A stretch of DNA of 50,949 nucleotides from an uncultured Clostridia bacterium (GCA_964390985.1 CAYMKM010000001.1:1-50949), one strand, 5' to 3'. Shown: positions 29,990-39,383, counted from the stretch's first letter. Numbers and translations are program-made. Notes: generated from the letters alone by a model not told the origin.

Positions 29990-31384
29990 GTGCCGCGGGG
30001 GAGTGATAATGTGCATCGGCATGTCCACATGGTAGGAATTGGCGGTATCGGCATGGCGGCGATCGCCCATGTGCTATTGGAGATGGGTGTTACTGTCAGC
30101 GGATCCGATCAAGTCGCAAGTGAAGTAACAAGCAAGTTGGCACAAAGCGGTGCTACGGTGTATATTGGCCATCGGCAACAGCAAGTAACCGGGGCTAGTG
30201 TTGTTGTTGTATCGACCGCTATTCCACCAAATAACGTAGAGGTACAGGCAGCTAAGGCAGCGGGTATACCAGTATGGCATCGTTCGCAGATGCTGGCAGA
30301 GATCCTAAATGTCAAATATGGCATTGCCATAGCCGGCGCACATGGGAAGACTACTATTACATCAATGTTATCTTGGGTGCTATATCAATGCGGTATGGAG
30401 CCCACATTTGTTATTGGCGGCACTTTACCCGGTCTAGGCGGCGCTCATTATGGTACTGGGCCCATGGTTGTGGCGGAAGCGGATGAGAGTGACCGCTCAT
30501 TTTTGTGTTATCGACCTCGAGTAGCCGTGGTCTCCAGCATTGAGGCTGATCATTTGGAGTATTACGATGGGCAATTCTCTAGGTTGGTAGAGACTTTTCA
30601 ACAATTTTTATCGAATGTTGTGGTACCTGATGGCCTGGCTATACTATGCGCAGACGATAAAAACCTAGTAGATATAGGTGAAAAATTATCATGCCAGGTC
30701 ACTTGGTACGGTAGGCACGAAACAGCTGATTACCGGGTATTACAAATCAAAACCAACGGCAAAGGCACCTGCTTTCAAGTCAGCGAGAGGGGCGAGCTAT
30801 TAGGGGAATTCACCTTGGCCATCCCTGGTGAGCACAATGTGATGAACGCCTTAGCAGTAATAGCAATCTGTCGTCATTTAGGTTTACATGTAGCAGGAAT
30901 TGCTGCCGCACTGGCCAGCTTCCCTGGAGCTAAACGCCGGTTCCAAATAATATATGAGCATAATAACATAACAGTAGTTGACGATTACGCCCACCACCCA
31001 TCAGAAATCAAGGCCACTATTAAGGCTGCTCGCCGCGGTTGGCCAAACTCCCGCCTAATTGCCGTGTTCCAGCCACAGCGTTATACACGTACCCACTTTT
31101 TAATGAACGACTTCGCTCGTGCCTTTGGAGAGACAGACCTAGTGGTGTTGACAGAAATATACTCGCCACCTCCCGAGGAACCAATACCAGGCGTAAGTGG
31201 TGAACGCTTAGCCCAACTAGTGCAAATGAATGAACCTAATTTGCCAGTTAGGTATATTGCTGAACGGAGTGAATTGGCACCGTATCTTTATGGTGAGGTT
31301 CGCCCAGGAGACATTGTGCTGATTATGGGTGCCGGCGATATTTGGCGTACCTCGCGGGAATTGGCGGAGAAGTTGCGGGCATAA
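29990..31384 (+). CDS. murC: UDP-N-acetylmuramate--L-alanine ligase
   Basis: HMVGIGGIGMAAIA Rossmann motif, the IAGAHGKTTITSM P-loop and DDYAHHPSEI. The true start may be an internal codon. Confidence 0.93.
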   Translation: MPRGSDNVHRHVHMVGIGGIGMAAIAHVLLEMGVTVSGSDQVASEVTSKLAQSGATVYIGHRQQQVTGASVVVVSTAIPPNNVEVQAAKAAGIPVWHRSQMLAEILNVKYGIAIAGAHGKTTITSMLSWVLYQCGMEPTFVIGGTLPGLGGAHYGTGPMVVAEADESDRSFLCYRPRVAVVSSIEADHLEYYDGQFSRLVETFQQFLSNVVVPDGLAILCADDKNLVDIGEKLSCQVTWYGRHETADYRVLQIKTNGKGTCFQVSERGELLGEFTLAIPGEHNVMNALAVIAICRHLGLHVAGIAAALASFPGAKRRFQIIYEHNNITVVDDYAHHPSEIKATIKAARRGWPNSRLIAVFQPQRYTRTHFLMNDFARAFGETDLVVLTEIYSPPPEEPIPGVSGERLAQLVQMNEPNLPVRYIAERSELAPYLYGEVRPGDIVLIMGAGDIWRTSRELAEKLRA

Positions 31385-31403
31385 TACTGTAGGGTTGGTT
31401 TAC

Positions 31404-33113
31404 ATGCATGTTTTGCACGATCCACGCAGTGTTAATGTGTTGCACACGTTCTTATCGGGTAAACATGATAGCAAGGAATGGTTCGACCTAAAAACACAAG
31501 CCGACCAGCTGCGATTAACGCGCGGTTTTGACCGGTTAATCTCCCTTGATGTTCTGGATATTGACCTTTATGAGCATCAGCAGGAGGCGGTTCTTTGTGT
31601 GTTGCGCCAGATGCGCGGGCGGGCTGTGTTGGCCGATGAAGTGGGGCTAGGTAAGACCATTGAAGCGGGAGTAATATGTAAAGAATATTTACTGCGTGGG
31701 TTAATTTGCCGTGTCCTAATACTCGTTCCCGCCTCGTTAGTGACGCAATGGAAGACAGAGATGGCCGAGAAAATTGGCCTTGATTTAGCAGTGGCACGCC
31801 AACCAGGTGCTTTTCGTAAGCATAACTTGGTACTAGCTTCGCTCGACACCGCCAAACGAGCTGATAACGCTGCGGTGATTCATGCCACCCACTGGGATAT
31901 GGTGGTGGTAGACGAAGCTCACCGGTTAAAGAACAAGACCACTGTGAACTGGAGTTTCGTTAATGCGATAGAGAAAAAATTCCTACTTTTGCTTACTGCC
32001 ACTCCAGTGCAAAACGATTTGCGTGAGTTATACAATCTAATCACCCTGCTACAGCCTGGTCAGTTACGCACCTACTCCCAGTTTAAAAAGGAGTTTATGC
32101 TCGACCGCCATTCACCCAAAAATACTGGTCATTTGCGTGAGCTCCTAGCGGAGGTGATGGTACGCAAATGTCGCCGGGAAACCCTTATTCGTTTTCCACA
32201 CCGGGAAGTGCGCTCGCTGAGTGTGCCATTACAAGGTGTTGAAGCACATTTTTATCAGAGTATGCTAACTGCGCTAGGCGAAGCCTACAGAGCACAACCC
32301 GCCAAAAAACGAAATTTGCTCCCATTTTTACTCCTGTTGCGGGAGACCTGCAGTCACCCGCTTGCAGCTTGCCGCACTATGCAAGCCATGGCTAATAAAG
32401 TTGGAAAAGGGGTGATTAAGCAAAGTGTCCTGCACCATCTGCTTACGCTGTGTCCTCAAGAAAAGCCAGCTAAGTTACGGCTAGCTATGGATTTTCTGCA
32501 GAAAATAGACGAACGAGCTATTGTTTTTACAGAGTTCAAAACGACGCAAAAGGCTATTATGGCTGCTTGCAAGGAAGCTAGTATGACAGCGCAAGCTTTT
32601 TACGGCGGGTTAACACCTGGTGAAAAGGAGGAGGTTATTAATAAATTCCGCCGCCGCGGTGGCGTGTTGGTAAGCACCGAATGTGGCAGTGAAGGCCGTA
32701 ATTTGCAGTTTTGCCGTACTATGGTTAACTACGACCTACCTTGGAACCCCATGCGTTTAGAGCAACGAATAGGACGCATTCATCGGTTAGGCCAGACTAG
32801 TGATGTGCTGATCATTAATTTGGTTACAGAAGGTACGGTAGAAGCATACTTGCTTTATTTACTTGAACGGAAAATCAACATGTTTCAAAAGGTGATCGGT
32901 GAAATTGAAGCAGTAATGGCTACTCTGCCAGCACCATACGAGCGTATATTAGCTCACTTGGTGCTAGACTCCGAAAGTGAGGCGCAAGTGGCAGAGCGCT
33001 TTGCCGCTTTTGGCAATGAGCTAGCACAAGCTTGCGAGACTTACGAACGAGTGCGCCGTCTTAACCATCAGCTTTTTTCATCCAATGGTCACCTAGGTGA
33101 AACGGGGGAGTAG
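31404..33113 (+). CDS. SNF2-family helicase/ATPase, paralog A (569 aa)
   Basis: Motif I LADEVGLGKTIEAG, motif II VVVDEAHRLKN, motif III LLLTATPVQN, and motifs V/VI STECGSEGRNLQ and NPMRLEQRIGRIHRLGQ. The start was set at the ATG at 31404, 20 nt after the murC stop. The longer ORF-track start lies inside murC. Confidence 0.85.
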   Translation: MHVLHDPRSVNVLHTFLSGKHDSKEWFDLKTQADQLRLTRGFDRLISLDVLDIDLYEHQQEAVLCVLRQMRGRAVLADEVGLGKTIEAGVICKEYLLRGLICRVLILVPASLVTQWKTEMAEKIGLDLAVARQPGAFRKHNLVLASLDTAKRADNAAVIHATHWDMVVVDEAHRLKNKTTVNWSFVNAIEKKFLLLLTATPVQNDLRELYNLITLLQPGQLRTYSQFKKEFMLDRHSPKNTGHLRELLAEVMVRKCRRETLIRFPHREVRSLSVPLQGVEAHFYQSMLTALGEAYRAQPAKKRNLLPFLLLLRETCSHPLAACRTMQAMANKVGKGVIKQSVLHHLLTLCPQEKPAKLRLAMDFLQKIDERAIVFTEFKTTQKAIMAACKEASMTAQAFYGGLTPGEKEEVINKFRRRGGVLVSTECGSEGRNLQFCRTMVNYDLPWNPMRLEQRIGRIHRLGQTSDVLIINLVTEGTVEAYLLYLLERKINMFQKVIGEIEAVMATLPAPYERILAHLVLDSESEAQVAERFAAFGNELAQACETYERVRRLNHQLFSSNGHLGETGE

Positions 33114-33114
33114 T

Positions 33115-34713
33115 ATGCTAGCCAATGCCATCGTTCCACATGACCAACAGCAAGTTGTAGATGATGCTCAACAACGCGCGGTGCAAAAATTTGTAAAAAA
33201 CTTCCTACGTGCCCACCGTTGCCAGTTTCAATTGGTTGATGGTGTGTTGGTAGCATCTTTGCCTGCAGCGCTGGCAGCTGAATTGGGAGTGGGTTGTCAG
33301 CTGAGGTTGTGTTGGGATAAATCAAGTAATAGCAACGCAGAGTACATAACTTATGGCGTTCCGCTGCTTGACCGCATGTTAGAGTTGGCCAGCCAACGCG
33401 GCCAGGTTTGCAATTTGCTATGTACAGTAGGGTTAAATGTTAAGTTCATGCGGACTGTGTTAACCCAAACTCCCTTTCAAACACCTTCACTAGATGAACC
33501 GGCTACATTTCGTCGCCTTTGCCGAACAGTGGGGAGATTTAACTTAGTAAATGCTAAGTTTAAAATGAATCGCCGTCGCATCATTCACCATCTGCAGTTG
33601 TTATTTATCTTTCGCGTCGCTTTTGTATCTGATGAAAAGCAAGAGGTAATGGTACCCATTCTGATAGATCCTTTGACGGAGGAGACAGATAGGTTAATAG
33701 GTTTAGACCAGACAATATCATTAACACTGCCAATGGAATCTATAGCAACCATTGGTAGCAAAAGCTTTGATGGCGAAGCTCTACCGCTGGAAAGACTACT
33801 GCATAAAGCAGAACTGCCAGCGAGTGCCTATAGCATTGCTCGTTGTTACCAACGAGCGAGTGAGGCATTGGAAGTGAAGTTAACTCATGAATTTAACACA
33901 TATAGTCAGCAGACACAACTCCGTTTGAACAAAGAGTTAAAGAGGATTGATACATACTACAATGGGTTGGCGCAAGAGGTAATAGATCCGTTACGTAAAA
34001 CGTTCAGGCGGATTGCCACTTTATCGGTGCGTACGCAGCTGGCTCGTTCGTTCGATACACAACACCAGTTTAATTCTCAATTACACAAGATGAAGCAAGA
34101 GCGAATTCAACTGGAAAACGCTTGCGATGCTCAGTTGCAAGCTTTAGAAGACGAAAAGCAGCGGAGAATTAGTGAGTTGTACGCCAAGTATCGCACGCAC
34201 ATGGAAGTTCTATTAACAAATATTGCTGCTTTGCGTGTACCCAGGGTGGAGTATAGTCTTAGTACGGAAGGGTCGATTACGCGCAATATTAACTTTTTCT
34301 ACGATGTATTGCGCGATCGGGTGCTCGATTTAGTTTGCGAAAGCTGTGATAAACCGCTCACTGAGGCGTATATTTGTGATTGCGGTGAGCTGGTTTGTCC
34401 CGACTGCGCACATTATTGTACGGAATGTGGCTACTGGGTTTGTGTGAGTTGTGCCGAGACGCGTTGTCATATTTGCGCCAAGCCGAACTGCCCTCGTTGT
34501 GTAGTGCAGTGTCCACTACATATAGAATCAATGGCCACCACCACGGTCTGCCCAAATTGCGCTGAACTCTATTGCAGCTCATGTGTCCGCTGGCAGCCAT
34601 CTTTTGCGGCAATGGAGGGAGGTACAAACACCAACGCACATAAGACTGGCCGGGCTAGAGCGCGAGGCCGACAGCGTTTATTCACTTCAGACAAGCGCAA
34701 CGTATGCGATTGA
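33115..34713 (+). CDS. Unknown-function partner of helicase A: YqhG-like N-terminal region + coiled coil + 19-Cys zinc-ribbon array (532 aa)
   Basis: It is translationally coupled: SD GGGGGAG, helicase stop TAG at 33111-13, ATG at 33115. By eye the N-terminal ~250 aa are colinear with the 284-aa protein on the other strand. The C terminus has nine CxxC/CxC pairs. The function is not known. Confidence 0.65.
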   Translation: MLANAIVPHDQQQVVDDAQQRAVQKFVKNFLRAHRCQFQLVDGVLVASLPAALAAELGVGCQLRLCWDKSSNSNAEYITYGVPLLDRMLELASQRGQVCNLLCTVGLNVKFMRTVLTQTPFQTPSLDEPATFRRLCRTVGRFNLVNAKFKMNRRRIIHHLQLLFIFRVAFVSDEKQEVMVPILIDPLTEETDRLIGLDQTISLTLPMESIATIGSKSFDGEALPLERLLHKAELPASAYSIARCYQRASEALEVKLTHEFNTYSQQTQLRLNKELKRIDTYYNGLAQEVIDPLRKTFRRIATLSVRTQLARSFDTQHQFNSQLHKMKQERIQLENACDAQLQALEDEKQRRISELYAKYRTHMEVLLTNIAALRVPRVEYSLSTEGSITRNINFFYDVLRDRVLDLVCESCDKPLTEAYICDCGELVCPDCAHYCTECGYWVCVSCAETRCHICAKPNCPRCVVQCPLHIESMATTTVCPNCAELYCSSCVRWQPSFAAMEGGTNTNAHKTGRARARGRQRLFTSDKRNVCD

Positions 34714-35423
34714 TCGGCTTGCACTTTATGTTGGGCGTAGTAAGAGCGCAATGTACGCATTTCCACAGCTAAAGCCAGCAGTGCTTCACGAGCCCAACCG
34801 TCATCTTCGTGGCGGAGCTGATCGATGGTATACTCACGCGCCAACTCGAAAGCATCGGCTACCGTAATATTGCGAGAGGCTACTCTGGTGGGAACTTCGG
34901 GACTCAATTCTCCTTCCGCACAATACTTTGCCAGCATTGGGCACAGTTGTCCACTGGACAAGTTTACACCGATGGGTAGCAGTTTTTCATGGCGGTTGCG
35001 GCCAGCGAAGGAGACTTTCATATGTATTAACAAGTAAGGATAATATTGTTCATCGTAGGGTGGGGTATGTTCAGATGACAATATAGTAAACCGGCCCAAA
35101 TGTCCGTGGTGACGGGCTGAGGTGATCATTTGCTGTAGCCGATGACTGCCAGGCGCAATTAGTTCAGCACGTAGGTCATTAGCATCAGCAGTATTAAATG
35201 CCAGGTATATAACGGAATTAGCTTGTGCGTTGGTGTTACTGTAAATCCCCCAAGGCGATAGAGAACGCCCTTCTAACTCGGCAAACTGCTCCGCTGTGAA
35301 TTCAGCCCGCAGCAAAGGCCCTTCATATGTTAATGATGCTCCTAGTTCGTTCAAGTAAGTGGTTACGAATAGACGCAATTTTTCTGTTTGCCTGTTTGAA
35401 GTCATGGGCACGCTACACATCAC
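34569..35423 (-). CDS. Unknown-function partner of helicase B, YqhG-like (about 280 aa)
   Basis: Its start codons (GTG 35423 / ATG 35420) overlap the TGA of helicase B (GTGATG). The size and the pairing with an SNF2-like helicase recall B. subtilis yqhG/yqhH. The last ~48 codons overlap the convergent gene. Confidence 0.6.
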   Translation of the reverse strand: MMCSVPMTSNRQTEKLRLFVTTYLNELGASLTYEGPLLRAEFTAEQFAELEGRSLSPWGIYSNTNAQANSVIYLAFNTADANDLRAELIAPGSHRLQQMITSARHHGHLGRFTILSSEHTPPYDEQYYPYLLIHMKVSFAGRNRHEKLLPIGVNLSSGQLCPMLAKYCAEGELSPEVPTRVASRNITVADAFELAREYTIDQLRHEDDGWAREALLALAVEMRTLRSYYAQHKVQADQSHTLRLSEVNKRCRPRALARPVLCALVFVPPSIAAKDGCQRTHELQ

Positions 35424-37288
35424 CTTATGCTAAGCCAGCGATCTATTTTTGTGCGCTGTTCTTGTACCTGTTGTTGAGCGCTGCTGAAACTTTCAGCGAG
35501 TTCATCGAGGCGCTGGCGAACCAAAGCGGGGTCAGTATCGCTATCGGCCAAGATTTGATAAAGCTGTTTTTCAAAACCTTTACCATCGCCTAGTTGAGCG
35601 AGGATGGCATCTAGTTCACCCATCACCAGGTTAAACATGTTTATCTTTTCATGCAGTAAATAAAGGATATACTCTTCAATGGTACCAGCAGTAGACATGT
35701 TATAAATGTGCACGTCGCGGGTTTGCCCTAGTCGGTGCACTCTACCAATACGCTGTTCTATACGCATGGGGTTCCATGGTAAATCGTAATTGACCACATG
35801 AGAGGCAAATTGGAAGTTGAGCCCTTCGCCGCCTGATTCAGTACTCACTAGCACATCGCCTTGCCGACGAAACAGTTCTCGCACCCACTCTTTTCTGTTA
35901 GCAGAAAGCGATCCATCGAATCCTAACGCCATTAAACCTTCTTGTTCCAGACGCCAACGCAAATATTGTTGGGTCGTTCGGTATTCAGTAAAGACAATCA
36001 CCTTTTCGCCTATTTCATTAACCAGCTCTACCAGACGTTCTGCCTTACTACAAATAGGGCAGGCCAGGGCTGTTTGTAACAGCTGTTGCAGATGCTCCTC
36101 TAAAGGTGCATTTGTACCTTTGTTAATCATATTTTGCAGTGTAAAAGCTGTGGCTAGTGGCGACGAACAAGTTTCTCGTTCTAGGGTGAGTAAGCATAAG
36201 GCATTAGGTAGACTCCACTCGCAGCTATCAGATAGATGATGGCGCAACTCGCCGATGTCTTGATATAGCTTGCGTTCTTCTGGCGTTAGTTCCACTTGGA
36301 CCGTGCTAACTTGCCGGGCTGTGAATTCTACAGTATCCTTCCCTCTTCGGTTGCGAATCATCACTTCATCGAGTAAACGACGCAATGCTGGTGCATCGCG
36401 AGGTAGGCGTTTATCGTAAACATAACGGTCCAGAAACTGTGTGTAGGTGCCTAGCTGGCCTGGTTTTAGTAGGGTTATCAGGTTGAATAATTCCTTCAGA
36501 TCATTTTGCAATGGGGTAGCAGTTAACATCAGGAAGTACTTTTTGCTTAGACTATTAACTAATTGCCAGTTAGCGGTGTTGGCGTTCTTTAATTTGTGAG
36601 CTTCATCCACCACTAGTATGTCGTAACTCAAATTGCGAATTATATCGCAGTGCGGTTGCCGCTTAGCAGTATCCACGCTGGCTATAAGCACATCGCAGCG
36701 TTCCCAATCATACTCACTGCGTTGTAGCGTAGCGAGTATCCCGAATTTATCTTTCATCTCTTGATACCACTGCCAACATAAACTAGCCGGAGTTAGAATT
36801 AACACCCGCCTAGCCATGCCGCGCAACATATACTCTTTTATGATCATACACGCTTCAATGGTTTTGCCTAAGCCAACTTCATCGGCCAAAATGGCACGGC
36901 CGTCCATATGGGTGATAACACGTTTTGCGGTTGCCAGCTGGTGAGGGAAAGCTATAACACCAGCTCGTCGCCAGCGATCTTGTAGGTTAGCTAGTACGAG
37001 CAATTCTGTATCATCGGTAAGTAAGTCTAACTCCTGTGCCAAAAGAGCTAGTTGGTACCATGAGAGTTTAGCCCAGCGTTGGGCTTGCATACTCTGGCAC
37101 AGCTGGCGCACGGCTGTTATAGAAAGGTTCATAGTGTAATTTTCGGTGACAGCTTCCTCAAAGGTGAATTCTTCCTCTGGTAGGGGCCGAAAAAGGTTTT
37201 CGTAACGAAAGGTCATAATGGGTACTGTAATGGGGAATAGCCGTATAGGTACAGTCTCTTTATTGGGAATAGCTAATTCCAATAGCAT
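35420..37288 (-). CDS. SNF2-family helicase/ATPase, paralog B (about 622 aa)
   Basis: LADEVGLGKTIEAC, LVVDEAHKLKN, MLTATPLQN, STESGGEGLNFQ and NPMRIEQRIGRVHRLGQ. The start was trimmed to the ATG at 37288, because the ORF-track N terminus (to 37483) is an antisense read-through of tRNA-Ala. The SD is very close to this ATG, so the exact start is uncertain (alternative ATG at 37216). Confidence 0.82.
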   Translation of the reverse strand: MLLELAIPNKETVPIRLFPITVPIMTFRYENLFRPLPEEEFTFEEAVTENYTMNLSITAVRQLCQSMQAQRWAKLSWYQLALLAQELDLLTDDTELLVLANLQDRWRRAGVIAFPHQLATAKRVITHMDGRAILADEVGLGKTIEACMIIKEYMLRGMARRVLILTPASLCWQWYQEMKDKFGILATLQRSEYDWERCDVLIASVDTAKRQPHCDIIRNLSYDILVVDEAHKLKNANTANWQLVNSLSKKYFLMLTATPLQNDLKELFNLITLLKPGQLGTYTQFLDRYVYDKRLPRDAPALRRLLDEVMIRNRRGKDTVEFTARQVSTVQVELTPEERKLYQDIGELRHHLSDSCEWSLPNALCLLTLERETCSSPLATAFTLQNMINKGTNAPLEEHLQQLLQTALACPICSKAERLVELVNEIGEKVIVFTEYRTTQQYLRWRLEQEGLMALGFDGSLSANRKEWVRELFRRQGDVLVSTESGGEGLNFQFASHVVNYDLPWNPMRIEQRIGRVHRLGQTRDVHIYNMSTAGTIEEYILYLLHEKINMFNLVMGELDAILAQLGDGKGFEKQLYQILADSDTDPALVRQRLDELAESFSSAQQQVQEQRTKIDRWLSIR

Positions 37289-37359
37289 CACCTCCGGCTC
37301 AAAGTAGCATAGCCAGTTAGCGGGCTTAGCATACAAAGGTAATGTCACAAACGAACCTC

Positions 37360-37388
37360 TTGGCGGCAACGGACCTGTAGTGTATAAT
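37360..37388 (+). promoter_or_regulatory. Sigma-A type promoter for tRNA-Ala
   Basis: TTGGCG (37360-65), 17-nt spacer, TATAAT (37383-88). It lies 14 nt upstream of the tRNA 5' end. Confidence 0.45.
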
Positions 37389-37401
37389 ACATATGTTATG
37401 A

Positions 37402-37477
<76 letters not shown>

Positions 37478-37486
37478 GCTCAATTA

Positions 37487-37516
37487 GGCACCCGCGCTAG
37501 GCGGGGCCTTTTCGTT
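37487..37516 (+). terminator. Terminator-like hairpin after tRNA-Ala
   Basis: ggc(a)cccgc / gcggggcc forms an 8-bp stem with one bulge and loop gctag, followed by ttttcgtt. Confidence 0.5.
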
Positions 37517-37533
37517 ATCGGGAGGTAGTAATC

Positions 37534-38877
37534 ATGGCTGAGGCGGCACTAGATGCAATAACCGTAGGGTTAGTCTCGTTAGGTTGTGCCAAAAACACAG
37601 TCGATAGTGAACTGATGCTAGGAATGCTGTCAGCCCGAGGCTACATTGTGACTAATGACCCAGCGGAAGCAGAAGTCATTATTGTTAACACCTGTACATT
37701 TATTGAGGATGCCACCCGCGAATCAATCGAAACTATACTGGAAATGAGTCGTTATAAGCAAAATGGTCGCTGTCGCGCCTTAATACTTGCTGGCTGTATG
37801 GCTACTCGGTATAGCACGCAACTGCAACAAGAGTTACCCGAGGTAGATGCTATTATTGGTACTGGTGAATTACCAAGTATAGTTGAAGCGGTGGAGAAGG
37901 CGTTGGCCGGAGAAACCTACCTGGCAGCATCATCATCTCCAGCCTACATTTACGATGAAACAGCAGCGCGGCTACTAACTACCAACCATAATTTGGCTTA
38001 TGTAAAGATCGCCGAAGGGTGCGATCATCGCTGTGCATATTGCATCATTCCATCCATACGCGGTAAATACCGTAGTCGATCTATCGGCTCTATAACCGAA
38101 GAAGTACGCCAGTTGGTAGTAGCTGGGCGAAAAGAGATTGTTTTGCTAGCTCAAGATACTACTCGCTACGGCCTGGATATCTACGGTAATCGCAGTTTAG
38201 CGCAGTTACTAGAGGCTTTGGCACAGGTGGAAGGGTTAAAATGGCTGCGGTTCTTGTATGGGCATCCGGATGGGGTAACTACGCAGTTATTGCAAGTTAT
38301 GGCGGCATATCCGCAGATCTGCAAGTATATTGACATACCGTTACAGCATGCCAGCGCCAATGTATTGCGGCGTATGGGTCGGGGTGGCGATGCTAAGCAG
38401 TTGCTGGAGTTAGTAGACCGAGTGCGCCAAGTGATACCCGATGTCACTTTACGCACAACCTTCATTGTTGGTTATCCGGGCGAAAGTGATGAAGATTTTG
38501 CTCAGTTGTGCTCGTTCATAGAGCAAGCAGAATTTAATCATGTTGGTATATTCACCTATTCAAAAGAAGAAGGCACACCAGCGGCCTTGCTTGCTGGGCA
38601 AGTAAGTGGCAAGGTTAAACAGAAGCGGCGCCAGGTGGCCATGGAGCTTCAGCGCAGGATATCACGACGCCATAACGAACGCCTTGTGGGTACATGCCAA
38701 GAAGTAGTGGTAGAAACGGCAACTAACGATGGCGGTTGGGTTGCTCGCTGTGCTAGCCAAGCGCCTGAGGTCGATGGCGTCACCTATGTTTACGGAGCAC
38801 AATTGCATCCAGGCGATTTTATACAGGCACGAATTGTACAAGCCCAGGATTACGATCTGATAGGAGAGCAAGCATGA
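37534..38877 (+). CDS. rimO: Ribosomal protein S12 methylthiotransferase RimO (radical SAM, MTTase family)
   Basis: The N-terminal UPF0004 Cys triad context (SLGCAKNTVDSE...NTCTFI), the radical-SAM CDHRCAYC motif and a C-terminal TRAM domain are present. The rimO-pgsA order is common in Clostridia. Confidence 0.85.
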   Translation: MAEAALDAITVGLVSLGCAKNTVDSELMLGMLSARGYIVTNDPAEAEVIIVNTCTFIEDATRESIETILEMSRYKQNGRCRALILAGCMATRYSTQLQQELPEVDAIIGTGELPSIVEAVEKALAGETYLAASSSPAYIYDETAARLLTTNHNLAYVKIAEGCDHRCAYCIIPSIRGKYRSRSIGSITEEVRQLVVAGRKEIVLLAQDTTRYGLDIYGNRSLAQLLEALAQVEGLKWLRFLYGHPDGVTTQLLQVMAAYPQICKYIDIPLQHASANVLRRMGRGGDAKQLLELVDRVRQVIPDVTLRTTFIVGYPGESDEDFAQLCSFIEQAEFNHVGIFTYSKEEGTPAALLAGQVSGKVKQKRRQVAMELQRRISRRHNERLVGTCQEVVVETATNDGGWVARCASQAPEVDGVTYVYGAQLHPGDFIQARIVQAQDYDLIGEQA

Positions 38878-39383
38878 ATTTAGCCACCATGCTCACCTTA
38901 AGTCGCATATTTTTAGTGCCAGTTTTCCTTACATTACTATTAGAGAATGTACCCCATGGGGCTTATTGGGCTACGGTGGTTTTTATTATTGCTGCTATTA
39001 CCGATGGACTTGATGGGTATGCGGCGCGTGCTCGCCAGGAAGTGACAAAATTTGGCCAGCTAATGGATCCCGTGGCCGATAAACTCTTAATCTCCTCGGC
39101 CCTAATAGCCCTGGTGGAGCTAGGTCAGGTGTCTGCCTGGGTGGCAGTGATTATTATTGGACGTGAATTTGCTATATCGGGTTTGCGTTTGCTAATGGCT
39201 AGCGAAGGTATTATTATTCCAGCCAGTCCGTGGGGTAAACTTAAAACAGTAAGTCAGGTAGTGGCCATAGCCGCTTTGCTAATTCAACTGCCGGGTAGTC
39301 AATGGTGGCTTTGGCTGGCTGTTTTACTCACTATCGGTTCTGGAGTTGATTATTTTTACCGTACACAAAACTACTTGCGTTAA
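38874..39383 (+). CDS. pgsA: CDP-diacylglycerol--glycerol-3-phosphate 3-phosphatidyltransferase
   Basis: CDP-alcohol phosphatidyltransferase motif DGLDGYAARARQEVTKFGQLMDPVADK in a protein with 4 TM segments. Its ATG overlaps the rimO stop (ATGA). Confidence 0.9.
   Translation: MNLATMLTLSRIFLVPVFLTLLLENVPHGAYWATVVFIIAAITDGLDGYAARARQEVTKFGQLMDPVADKLLISSALIALVELGQVSAWVAVIIIGREFAISGLRLLMASEGIIIPASPWGKLKTVSQVVAIAALLIQLPGSQWWLWLAVLLTIGSGVDYFYRTQNYLR

Noticed and set aside
35327-36239. Plus-strand ORFs of 88 and 140 aa inside helicase B
   Set aside because: They are antisense to a gene with complete SNF2 motifs and have no start context. A hidden antisense gene cannot be formally excluded, but nothing supports one.
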